Shown here piece after piece: positions 39,603 through 51,680 of a DNA stretch of 64,000 nucleotides. The DNA is from Octopus vulgaris (Eukaryota). The notes under the pieces are model-generated. The model searched no databases. It was not told the DNA's origin and was given only the letters and a program-made list of their open reading frames with translations. The position numbers and the translations under genes are program-made. The stretch's first letter is position 1. Each line of letters starts with the position of its first letter. The stretch lies in assembly GCA_951406725.2 (NCBI GenBank), contig OX597833.1:18972001-19036000 (forward strand), read 5' to 3'.

Positions 39603-40924
39603 TTAAATGCTGATGTTGATGATGATGAAGATTAAGTTGTGAAGATTTACAGTATAAAAATAGAATATCCTATGATTTTGTTTTCTGAATGAAAACTTTT
39701 TATAAAATATAGGTGCAGGCATGGCTAACCAGGAAGATATTTGCTTTTTAAACAAATGGTTTCCCTGCCAATTGCATGGGCTAATGTCTTCTACTAAAGC
39801 CCCATGCTGACCCAAACTTTTTGTGAGTGAATGTGGTAGAAACTGACCCCGAAATGATGAAAAGCAAAGTCAACCATGACGGAATTTGAACTCAGAACAT
39901 GAGATGTTAACAACAAGCAAGATGAGGAAAAAATATCCGTCAAACATAAATAATGTAAATAAATACAATAGTTATATACTTTTTCTGCAAAATATGGATA
40001 GTTTATCTTGTTCGTGCTATATTATTAGCATTATCCTACATTTGAGAATAAAATTATTTCCTTATCTGTATCTTTCAATACATCTCAATACTTCAAAAGC
40101 AAACTTTGTTTGTTGATTTTCAAAGTTTTATTTTATAGTTTTTTGTCTTTGGTCAGTGTTATTCACTATTTGCTTCTATTTAGAAATCAAAGGAAATGAC
40201 TGTTATTCCCTTTATACTTTGCTTTTGCAACTTGGACATCAATGGTTTGAAACTGACCCATTTTCTGTTACATTTTAGACACATTCAATGCCGAGTTGTT
40301 GAAGTAGAAAAATCATTATAGCAAATATTTTGCTCAATACCACAAACAGGTTTTGTCAGTTGCTTTACCCTTAACCACTTGAGCATGTCTCTTAGTGGCT
40401 GACAATATGTGCATCTCTGATCACGAGCAGCAGTGGAGGGAACATCACAGCCTTGTTTTGAGAGGGATCCTTTGGGGTTTGAATAAATGAATGAAACAAA
40501 AGCAAAGTTTGAAGGAACTATTAGCCATTTTTCATACTTTCTAGGGATAAGCAAATAGTAAATAACAGTTTCTACCCAAGAATAAAAATTGTGTTACACA
40601 ATGTAACAGATAATAGTATAAAGGCTCACACATACATTCTTTGATAAAAGTTGCACATAAAGTTACACTATCTGCATAATTATCTTCATTGCTTGACAAT
40701 AGTGTTGAGGGATATGAAAGTATGATAGAAGGTCAGGATCAAGTGTCTTGCATAAGAGGTGAGTACATGGCTTAGACAGATAGATAGAGAGAGAGAGGTG
40801 AGGTTAAGGTACAAGGGGAATAGAAAGACAAAAGGGATAAAGGAACAGAAAAAGTTGGATGGGTAGGCAGGTGTGCATTTTTATGTAGCTATAAAATATT
40901 ACTCTGTTATAAAAGAAAACTTAC

Positions 40925-41008
40925 CAGCAGTTTTTATTAAATCTGTCAAACGATCCCGCTGAGATTTAATATTATCCAATTCTTGCCTTAAAGAATGAAT
41001 TTCTTCAG
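40925..41008 (-). CDS. USF3: USF3-like exon: leucine zipper (TEEIHSLRQELDNIKSQRDRLTDLIKTA-G)
   Basis: Acceptor ttacag|, donor G|GTAAGT, 84 nt, phase 1 to 1. Heptad pattern similar to recalled USF3 AEEIKKLRKQLEEI. Confidence 0.92.
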
Positions 41009-42662
41009 CTGTAATATATAAGAAAAATGATTTAATAATATTTTGTTTTGGGATTTGGTTTGCAAGATTCTTTATGTGAGTTCGTGTGTTGAAGCATATT
41101 CTATTGTGTCTGGGGAGAGTCATTTTTTTTTTTGTGCCTTATAGTTTAATACAGTCACTGGTAAAATTTCCACTTATTTCTTATTTTTATTTTCCTAAAA
41201 TTTTCGTTGCATCTTGAAAAAGTTGCAAGACGCAATGAAAATTTTAGGAAAATAAAAATAAAAGTAAGTGGAAATTTTACCGCTGTGTTAAATTATAAGG
41301 CACAAAAAAAAAATTTTCTCTCCCCAGACACAACAGATTTAATAATAATAATGATAATAATGATGGTGATGATGATCCATTGTTCAAACCTAGTTAGCAA
41401 AGCTAACTAAGTTTGAACAATGGATTCAGCAATACTGGGAAAATAAATTGTTTAGAACTGACCAAAACAGATTTTATCAAGAGATTAATGATGATAAGAA
41501 ACGTGAAAGGTTAATCCTTGATGCTAATGAAAGTTGACTTTTCTGGGGAAAGATATGGAGTAAGCAAGAACAACATAATAAAACAGTTGAATGGCTCTGC
41601 AGCCTGAAGGGACACAACTTCTTATCCCCAGCAAGAGGCTATCCACACCACCACCACCACTGGCAACAACAACAAGAACATGCTCAATACCACAGATTTG
41701 CTTGTCAATTATTTGACCATAACCAGTTGAGCATGTCCCATAGTGCATCTCTAATCACAAGCAGAAGTAGTGGGGGAGCATCATAGCCATGTGTTGAGAG
41801 GAATTCTTTGAGGTTTGAGTAATTCACCTCTGGAAACATGGGTGTTTCATTCAACATCCTTAACCCTTATTCAGGGACCTTTTGAGTAAGATGGGCTACT
41901 CAACCTGAAGAAAAGTTTAACTGGGCCCCACCTGCAAGGTAATGTGCTGTTAATCTTGATATGAGATCACTATGTTGCACACATGGCTGTGATGCATGTG
42001 CCTGGTGTACCTTTAACAGACGGGTATTCATGATGGGTATACTGGGCATCGTATATTTTACCCCAGTGTCACTTTGGTGGCATGCACTGCTCTCTCACTC
42101 AATAATAATAATAGTTTCAAATTTTGGCACAAGGCCAGCATTTTCGGGAGAGGGATAGTTGATTATATTGACCCCAGTACTCAATTGGTACTTATTCTAT
42201 TGACCCTGAAAGGATGAAAGGCAAAGTTGACACTGGGAAGATTTGAACCCAGACAAAACGCTATAAAGCATCTTGCCTGGCATACTAACAATTCTGCCAA
42301 CTCACCACCTTAATAATAATAATAATAATCCTTTCTACTGAAGTCACAAGGCTTGAAACTTGGGGGAGGGGGATAGTCAATTACATCAACTCTAGTACTC
42401 AACTGGTACTTATTTTACTGACCCCGAAATGATGAAAAGCAAAGCCAACCTTGACTGGATTTGAACTCAGAACACGAAGATAGATGAAATGCTGCTAAGA
42501 TGTTTTGCCTGGTATGCTAACTATTTTACCAGCTTACTAGCATTAAGAGGAAGTTCTACTATTGCAATATTTACATGCTGAACAGTAACAAAATTGATAA
42601 AGAGGTAAAGTTCGTTGACCTGAGATTTGAAATACCATTCATCATAATGTGAAAGAATATTC

Positions 42663-43370
42663 AAAATATTTACATATTATCTAAACATTTTTTAAAAACT
42701 CTTTTGCCACCATATTTCTTGAAATGACAAAGAACTGAGATGCCTCTGCCCTCCACTTATTTCACAGCGTCAGCATCCTCTGTATGTGTGTGTGTGCATA
42801 TGTACATACAGTAATACCTCACTTTAAGAGAACCTGCTTCACGAGACTCCGGGTTTACAAGTTTTATTTTACAAGAAATTTTTCAAGCACAAGATCCAAA
42901 TTTTGAACAAAGTGCAAAAGTTTCTACTACCATAACAAATGCTTCGGTGTGTTACCAAGAAATTTATAGAGAGTGAAAAAAAAGCTTCTTCTAAGCAAAC
43001 AACTCTGGAAATGTTTAAAATATTTACATATTATCTAAACATTTTTTAAAAACTCTTTTGCCACCATATTTCTTGAAATGACAAAGAACTGAGATGCCTC
43101 TGCCCTCCACTTATTTCACAGCGTCAGCATCCTCTGTACGTGTGTGTGTGCATATGTACATACAGTAATACCTCACTTTAAGAGAACCTGCTTCACGAGA
43201 CTCCGGGTTTACAAGTTTTATTTTACAAGAAATTTTTCAAGCACAATATCCAAATTTTGAACAAAGTGCAAAAGTTTCTACTACCATAACAAATGCTTCG
43301 GTGTGTTACCAAGAAATTTATAGAGAGTGAAAAAAAAGCTTCTTCTAAGGAAACAACTCTGGAAATGTTT
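42663..43370. repeat. 354-bp direct tandem duplication
   Basis: 42663-43016 versus 43017-43370; only three substitutions noticed by eye. Confidence 0.95.
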
Positions 43371-44104
43371 TTTTTTTTTTTGAGAGAAATCTACAAGAGA
43401 TGGTGTGTACGAGTCTAGTGTGAGTGAAAGTGATTTGGAAAACGATTATAATAATGTTTTTCATCATAAATGATCTTGACATTCTTTTTACTTTACATAA
43501 AATATTCTTTACATTCTTCTGTTGTTTTATTGCCATTTATTTACAAGTATTATTCTTTACTATCCTTACTCTTTTACTTGTTTCAGTCATGTGACTGTGG
43601 CCATGCTGGAGCACCACCTTTAGTCGAGCAAATCGACCCCAGGACTTATTCTTTGTAAGCCAGGTACTTATTCAATCGGTATCTTTCGCTGAACCACTAA
43701 GTCACGGGGACATAAACACACCAGCATTGGTTGTCAAGCAATGTTGGGGGACAAACACAGACACACAAACACACATATATAAATATATACAATAGGCTTC
43801 TTTTCAGTTTCCGTCTACCAAATCCACTCACAAAACTTTGGTCAGCATGAGACTATAGTAGAAGACACTTGCCCAAGGTGCCACGCAGTGGGACTGAACC
43901 CTTGAACCATGTGGTTGGTAAGCAAGCTACTTACCACACAGCCACTACTGCGCCTATTATAAATTTCATAGGTAAAATATTTTTCTGGGAACGAATTATG
44001 ATTTATAACATTGCTACTATGGAAAATTATTGCTCTGCTTTATGAGTTTTCACTTTATGAGCAATCTCTGGAAACAAATTAACTTGTACATCAAGGCACT
44101 ACTG
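43163..44104. mobile_element. pogo/Tigger-like non-autonomous element interrupted by SINE A
   Basis: TA|cagtaatacctc ... aaggcactactg|TA imperfect TIRs. Confidence 0.55.
43567..43955 (-). mobile_element. SINE A in USF3 intron 3
   Basis: Full-length reverse copy of the 878-1295 family. Confidence 0.9.
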
Positions 44105-44219
44105 TACAAACATACAACGATGGACTTCTTTCAGTTCCTGTCTACCAAATCCTCTCATAAAGTTCTGATGGTCTGGGGTCATAGTAGAAGACACTTACTC
44201 AAAGTGGCATACACATAAA

Positions 44220-46740
44220 TCATCATCATCATCGTCGTTTAGCGTCCGTTTTCCATGCTAGCATGGGTTGGACGGTTCTACTGGGGTCTGTGAAGCCAGA
44301 AGGCTTCATCAGGCCCAGTCAAATCTGGCAGTGTTTCTACGGCTGGATGCCCTTCCTAACGCCAACCACTCCGTGAGTGTAGTGGGTGCTTTTTACATGC
44401 CACCCGCACAGGTGCCAGACAGAGCTGGCAAACGGCCACGAACGGATGGTGCTTTTTATGTGCCACCGGCACAAGGGCCAGGCGAGGCTGGCAACGGACA
44501 CGAAACGGGGCGGTGCTGGCAACGGTCGCGAAACGGAAGGTTCTCTTACATGCCACCGGCACTGGTAACACATCTGCAATTTCCATTGATCGATTTCCAT
44601 TCTGATCCTCACTTGCCTCAACGGGTCTTCACAAGTAGAGTTTCGACATGCCACCAGCACTGGTAACACATCTGCAATTTCCATTGATCGATTTCCATTT
44701 CTGATCCTCACTTGCCTCAACGGGTCTTCACAAGTAGAGTATCGACATGCCACCGGCACTGGTAACACATCTGCAATTTCCATTGATCGATTTCGATTCT
44801 GATCCTCACTTGCCTCAACAGGTCTTCACAAGTAGAGTTTTGTGTCCCAAGAAGGGAAGGTATGCATACGTAGGCTGGCTCCATCCCAAGTAGAAGGCCA
44901 CGGGTTATGGACTCACTTGTCCTGCCGGGTCTTCTCGCGCACAGCACACTTCCAGAGGACTCGGTCTCTAGTCATTTCCTCAGTGAGACCTAAAGTTCGA
45001 AGGTCGTGCTTCACCACCTCGTCCCAGGTTTTCCTGGGTTTGCCTCTTCCACAGGTTCCCTCAACCGCTAGGGTGTGGCACTTTTTCACACAACTATCTT
45101 CATCCATTCTCGCCACATGACCATAGCGCAATCGTCTCTCTTGCACACCACAACTGATGCTTCTTAGGTCCAGCTTTTCTCTCAAGGTACTTACACTCTG
45201 TCGATTATGAACACTGACATTACACATCCATCGGAGCATACTGGCTTCATTTCTTGCGAGCTTACGCATATCCTCAGCAGTCACGGCCCATGTTTCACTG
45301 CCATGTAGCATGGCTGTTCGTACACACGCATCATACAGTCTGCCTTTCACTCTGTGCGAGAGGCCTTTTGTCACCAGCAGAGGTAAGAGCTCTCTGAACT
45401 TTGCCCAAGCTATTCTTACTCTAGCAGTTACACTTTCAGCACACCCGCCCCCGCTGCTGACTTGGTCACCTAGGTAACGGAAACTATCAACTATTTCTAG
45501 TTTTTCTCCCTGGAAAGTGACGGAAGTTGGTCTCAGAGCATTTTCAGTGTTTATTGTTCCTGAGCATCTGCCACATACAAAAACCATCTTCCTAGTTAGC
45601 CTTCCTTTGACATTGCTGCACCTCTTATGTGTCCATAGCTTACACTTGGTGCATCTTATAGAGTTTCTACCTACACCTTTTCTACAGATCGAGCAGGGCC
45701 ATCTACCTGAAGGCGTTTGTGATTTGTCTACCTTCCTACTGATTACGACTTTGGTTTTAGCTAGATTGACTCTGAGGCCCTTCGATTCTAATCCTTGTTT
45801 CCACACCTGAAACTTCTCCTCCAGTTCTGATAGCGACTCAGCAATTAGAGCAAGGTCATCAGCATAGAGGAGCTCCCAAGGGCATCCTGTCTTGAATTCC
45901 TCCGTTATTGCCTGGAGGACTATGATAAATAGGAGGGGGCTGAGTACTGAGCCTTGATGGACCCCTACCTCTACCCAGAATTCTTCACTGTACTCGTTTC
46001 CAACCCTCACCCTACTAGCAGCGTCCCTATACATGGCCTGCACAGCTCTCACTAACCATGGGATCGGGGGACCCTGTCGAAGGCTTTCTCCATGTCAACA
46101 AAAGCCAGGTACAGGGGCTTATCTTTGGCTAGGTATTTCTCCTGCAGCTGCCTTACCAGGAATATAGCATCAGTAGTACTTTTCCCTGGCACAAACCCAA
46201 ACTGCATCTCATCTAAACTAACTCTCTCTCTAATTAGCTGGGCTATGACCATCTCCGTAACCTTCATTGCCTGATCCAACAGCTTGATACCTCTGTAGTT
46301 ATTTGTATCTAGGGCGTCACCTTTACCTTTGTAGCAGTTGACTATTATGCTGCTACACCAGTCATTGGGTATGACTCCTTTGTGTATCACCTGATTAACT
46401 ATATGGGTGACTAGGCTATAGCCGACACTACCAGACATTTTGAGCATCTCTGCAGTGATTCCTGATGGGCCTGGGGCTTTTCCTGTCTTCATGCTTCTAA
46501 TTGCCTTAGCTACCACGGAACTATCAACTCGGATAGCTGGTCCCTCTGTTGGGTCAACATTCGGCAGACTCTCTTTATCCCATTCATTTTCTTTATTCAG
46601 CAAACTTTCATAGTGGCATCTCCAAACCTCTCTCTTTGCATCCTCATTTAGCGCAAGTGAACCATCTTCCATGCGAACACACTTCTCTCCTACCACATCA
46701 CGATTCTCTCTCACACACTGTCTTGCAACGCGAAACACCT
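44220..46740 (-). mobile_element. 5'-truncated RTE-clade LINE: RT pseudogene with PHD-type insert, tandem-repeat 3' UTR and (GAT)n tail
   Basis: KAPGPSG, NYRGIKLL, QFGF, FVDMEKAFDRV, GVHQGSVLSPLLF, LLYADDL, FRYLG. Deletion and frameshift at about 46055; stop at 44913. Confidence 0.95.
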
Positions 46741-47368
46741 TGAAATGGTCTTCAAAATTTGAAACAAAGCAAGCCCACAGCACAAAAAAAAAAGAAAAGA
46801 GTGAGTGTACTCTGCTAAACGTGTAATGAATGCTGGAGCTGTGCTGGTATGCACATATGATATATATGAACAATAACCATTGGGTGAAGAAAGGCTTAGC
46901 AATTTTAGTGAAGGAAACCTGCTGAAGAAGAAGCCATGAGGTGTGGCAAAAGTTGATCTCAGGATACTGAATTTCATGGGAACAACAAGGGACTGCAACA
47001 AATGGCAAGGCTCTGTGCAGGAGGAAACTTGTTCAATCCATGTAAGCAAGGGGGAAAAAAAAGGGACATAAAATGCAGATGAAATAAAAATACTAGGCTT
47101 TGATTACATCTTCATTGACTAAGTTAAAAATCAAATTAAGGTGGCGAGCTGGCAGAATCATTAGCACACCAGGCAAAATGCTTCGCAGCATTTCGTCCAT
47201 CTTTAAGTTCTGAGTTCAAATGCTGCCGAGGTCAACTTTGCCTTTCATCCTTTTGGGACCAGTAAAGTAAGCACCAGTTGAGCACTGGGGTCAATGCAAT
47301 CGACTTGTTCCTTCCCCCAAATTTGCTGGCCTTGTGCCAAAATTTGAAATCAAATTTATTATACTTAC

Positions 47369-47465
47369 TTTGAACTTCCACTCCATTATCACACATCAAT
47401 TGGTCATTTTTATCCTGTATTTCTGTAATATAATCAGCAGCTCGTTCCAATATTGCCAGTGTACT
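47369..47465 (-). CDS. USF3: USF3-like exon: helix 2 and start of zipper (STLAILERAADYITEIQDKNDQLMCDNGVEVQ)
   Basis: Acceptor ttttag|, donor A|GTAAGT, 97 nt, phase 0 to 1. IL..A..YI.EL helix-2 pattern. Confidence 0.93.
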
Positions 47466-47857
47466 CTAAAAATAATAAAATAATTGTATTTGTTATATAT
47501 ACATATATTTCCTGTTGGTGAAGGCACGTGGCTTAGTGGTTAGGGTATTGCACTGATGATCGCTAGATTTTGAGTTCGATTCTTAGACTGGGCAGCATGT
47601 TGTGTTCTTGAGCGAAAACACTTGATTTCACACTGATCCAGTTTCCCTATCAATCAGTGGGGAATGCTGGCCGGCTCATCCAACCAGCAGAGTGGCATCA
47701 TTTGAAAGGCAAAACAATGCAAAGCACACTGTGATTACTGATGTGCAACAATGTCTCACAGTTTGGTCAGCCATGTGGGCATGAGATTTCCTACTGAGAT
47801 AACAAATTTAAAAAGAAAAAAAATTAAACAGAAGAACAAATGAAAAATGTCACATAT

Positions 47858-48262
47858 AGGCGCAGAAGTGGCTGTGTGATAAGTAGCTTGCTTACCAACC
47901 ACATGGCTCTGGGTTCAGTCCCACTGTGTGGCACCTTGGGCAAGTGTCTTCTACTATAGCCTCAGGCCGACCAAAGCTTGTGAGTAGATTTGGTACACAG
48001 AAACTGCAAGAAGCCCGTCGTATATATGTATATATATATATATATATATGTATATGTTTGTGTGTCTGTGTTTGTCCCCCTAGCATTGCTTGACAACTGA
48101 TGCTGGTGTGTTTATGTCCCTGTTACTTAGCGGTTCGGCAAAAGAGACCAATAGAATAAGTACTAGGCTTACAAAGAATAAGTCCCGGGGTCAATTTGCT
48201 CGACTAAAGGCAGTGCTCCAGCATGGCCGCAGTCAAATGACTGAAACAAGTAAAAGAGAGTA
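47858..48262 (+). mobile_element. SINE A in USF3 intron 2
   Basis: Full-length forward copy. Confidence 0.9.
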
Positions 48263-48714
48263 GAGATTATGAAAGGCAATTCTTTAGTATAAAGAAATGT
48301 AAATTGAAGGCAGAGGTCCAGCATGGCCACAGTTAAATGACTGAAACAAGTAAAAATAAAAGAAGAATTACAAAACTATTGTCTACTGATATCTTTTGCT
48401 TAATACAATAATTGCATTTTGTGCATACGTGGATAGGAGGAGATGAAGTGTGTGTGTCTTATTGTTTGTGTTTGTCCCCCACCACTGCTTGACAACCAGT
48501 GTTGGTGTGTTTACGTCCATGTAACTTAGTGGTTTGGCAAAAGAGAACAATTGAATAAATACCAAGCTTTAAAAAAGATAAGCCCTGATGTCAATTCACT
48601 TGACCAAAATAGTCAACCACAAGTAAAAGATAAAAGATGCATACATGCATATACAACAAAATCATAAGAAATAGATCAAAGATGAACCACATTTACTATT
48701 AAGGACCATAAGAC

Positions 48715-49080
48715 AAAAAGGGTAAAGACTTTCTTCAGTGATGAATGACCATGGGATTGCACCTAGAAAGTTCCCCTCTGAGGCACAAGCCCAGGTAAGT
48801 TTGTTTATGAAAGACCAGCAGTCACCTATGCATACCAACCTCTCTTCTCTACACCATTATATGTACATAGGGTAATGGGTAAAGATCCCCTGTAGTGATG
48901 AATGACCATGGGATTGCACCTAGAGAGTTCCCCACTGAGGCACAAGTCCAGGCAAAGTTGTTTACGGAAAACCAGCAGTTGCCCATGCATACTAGCCTCC
49001 CCTCTCCACACCATTATATGTACACAGGGTAAAGGGTAAAGACCCCCTTTGATCATGAATGACTGTGGGGTTGCACCTAA
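48715..49080. repeat. About 2.3 tandem copies of a 165-nt SINE-tail segment
   Basis: gggtaaagac...gaatgaccatgggattgcacctag recurs at about 48720, 48877 and 49033. Confidence 0.8.
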
Positions 49081-51145
49081 CCTCCCCTCTCGACACCACA
49101 AATGTCATCCAAGAGAAAGGCAAAGTCTGATACAGTTTGGCACCAGTGACGTTACAGTTCATTTCTACAGCTGAGTGAACTGGAGCAACAGGAAAAAAAG
49201 TGTCTTGCTCAAGAACACAACACAAAGCCCAGCTCAGGAATCAAACTCACTACCTTGATTGTGAGCCTGATGCTCTAACCACTGAGCTATGTGCCTTCAC
49301 ACACAGGGCCATAGGGTAGTCTGTGTAAAACTGTTGGACCTCTGACCAGTTGACCAAACAGTTTGAGAGAGACAGGAGCTGTTGTGTAGTAGGAAGATCT
49401 GAGGTGAATTTCCTTGATCAGGAATTGGTTAGATAATCTCATGAGAGCAAGGGCTTTCTTTGGAATGTTGGTGAGTTGGTGTGTTGCAGAGGAGCATTTG
49501 CAGGTGAGAAAACTAATTAAAGCAACCATTTTAAGGATATTTCAAGATAGAAAGTGAGGTGGTGTTTAGCAACATAAGCAACATCAGGTACTATCATCAT
49601 CATCATTTAACGTCTGCTAGCATGGGTTGGACGATTTGACTGGCAAACCAGATGGCTGCACCAGGCTCCAATCTGATCTGGCAGAGTTTCTACAGCTGGA
49701 TGCCCTTCCTAACACCAACCACTCCGAGAGTGTAGTGGGTGCTTATACGTTCAACCAGCACGAGGGCCAGTCAAGCAGTACTGGCAACGGTCACGCTCAA
49801 ATGGTGTTTTTTATGAGCCACCTGCCTTTACATAGCTGTTTTCTGTCATATTTTTGAGCAACACCTGGCATAGCTTTTATTTCTGTCCATGAATTACACG
49901 GAAAAGAAGTTGATGCCAAAAGGACTTTGTAAACATTTGAGAGAACATGAAATAATTCTCTTTTTTTGGAATAGTGGACCTCAAACAGCACATAAAGCTA
50001 TAAATAATGGGTTGAAAAATTCTTTTGGATACAAAATCAAAGGAGATGTGGGTTTTTTGTTCAACAGGTAGCTTTTAACTTTTTCTATCCAAAAGAGGTT
50101 TTCAACCCAATATTTGTATGCTATGTTTATAGCTCTATGTCTGCTTCAAGATCCCCTATTCCAAAACAAAGAATTTCTTTTATCTTTTACTCGTTCCAGT
50201 CACCAGACTGCAGCCAGACTGGAGCACCACCTACAAGGATTTTTAGTCAAATGAATTGACTTCAGTACATTTTTTTCCTTTAAGCCTCGTACTTATTCTA
50301 TTGGTCTCTATTGCCAAGGTGCTAAGTTATGGAGATGTAACCCCACCAACACCGATTGTCAAGTAGGGGACAAACAGAGACACAAAGACACACACAATGG
50401 GCTTCTATCAATTTCTGACAACCAAATCCACTCACAAGGTTTTGGTTGGCCTGAAGCTGTAGTAGAAGACACTTGCCTAAGGTACCACACAGTGGGACTG
50501 AACCTGGAACCATGTGTTTGGGAAGCAAGCTTCTTAACCACACAACCACACTTGCCACATCCTCATGAAAGTTCATAAAATTTTCATGACATCGACAACA
50601 TACAATTCTCAATAAGAATAAACTTCCTAAAATGGACAGAGAAATTCAAAAGAAACGAACTATCCAAAGTATTCACATTCTCTGAACTTCAATACTAACT
50701 CATTTAAACTCCTTTGCGGACATAAACTATAGAACATAGGTCATCCATAAGTGGTTCCATTTTGGAGATGGCAGAAATATGTTTCTGTTACATCATCATC
50801 ATCATCATTTAACGTCCGTTTTTCATGCTGGCATGGGTTAGATGATTTGGCTGGAACTGTTAAGCCAGAGAGCTGTACCAGCTCCCAGTCTGGTTTGGCA
50901 TGGTTTCCACGGCTGGACACCCTTCCTAATGCCCACCACTCCAAGAGTGGAACGGGTGCTTTTTACGTGCCACCGGCATGGGTGCCATTTACATGACACT
51001 GGCAACGGTCAAAACTATGATTTCAAGGGTGCCATGACTACAATTTCATTTGCACCGCATATCACCAAATGTCTCGGTCACTTGTTATCACTGACTACAA
51101 ATGATTACAAAGTAATTTCCTTGCATTAAATCATGCTTGGGTTTA

Positions 51146-51500
51146 CTCTTTTACTGGTTTCAGTCATTTGACTGCGGCCATGCTGGAGCATCACCTTTAG
51201 TCGAGAAAATCGACCCCAGGACTTATTCTTTGTAAGCCTAGTACTTATTCTATCGGTCTCTTTTGCTGAACCACTAAGTTATGGGGACATAAACACACTG
51301 TATCGTTGTCAAGCAATGTTGGGGGGGACAAACACACACACATATATACAAAGGGTGTCTACCAAATCCACTCGCAAGGCTTTGGTCAACCCAAGGCTAT
51401 AGTAGAAGACACTTGCCCAAGGTGCCACGCAGTGGGATTGAACCCGGAACCATGTGGTTCGTAAGCAAGCTACTTAGCACACACCCACTCCTACGCCTAT
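51146..51500 (-). mobile_element. SINE A about 55 nt from the exon-2 donor
   Basis: Reverse copy of family A. Confidence 0.9.
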
Positions 51501-51553
51501 ACTCAGTTTACTTGTATTTGTTTGTTTTTATAAACATTAAGTAAAAATAGTAC

Positions 51554-51680
51554 CTGCTTTTCATTATTTCTTATTCGGGGCAAAAGGTGACCAATGTTTT
51601 CAATTTTAGTCTTGATTTTCTCTTTTCGCTGCTTTTCGGAATTGTTGTGAGTAATGCGTTTCTGATCTTGCTCAGTGGTA
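51554..51680 (-). CDS. USF3: USF3-like exon: bHLH basic region and helix 1 (TTEQDQKRITHNNSEKQRKEKIKTKIENIGHLLPRIRNNEKQ)
   Basis: Acceptor ttctag|, donor CAG|GTACTA, 127 nt. The HxxxExxR basic motif and I..IG.L.P helix 1 match USF3 as recalled (THNAVERHRKKKIN..I.RIGELIP). Confidence 0.92.

Noticed and set aside
44380-44840. Regularly spaced repeats suggesting a CRISPR-like array
   Set aside because: These are whole-unit tandem duplications in a LINE 3' UTR, with no unique spacers and no cas genes, in a eukaryotic context.
46741-47008. N-terminal part of the 318-aa ORF
   Set aside because: Chance read-through into flanking DNA beyond the 5' truncation of the RTE element at about 46740.
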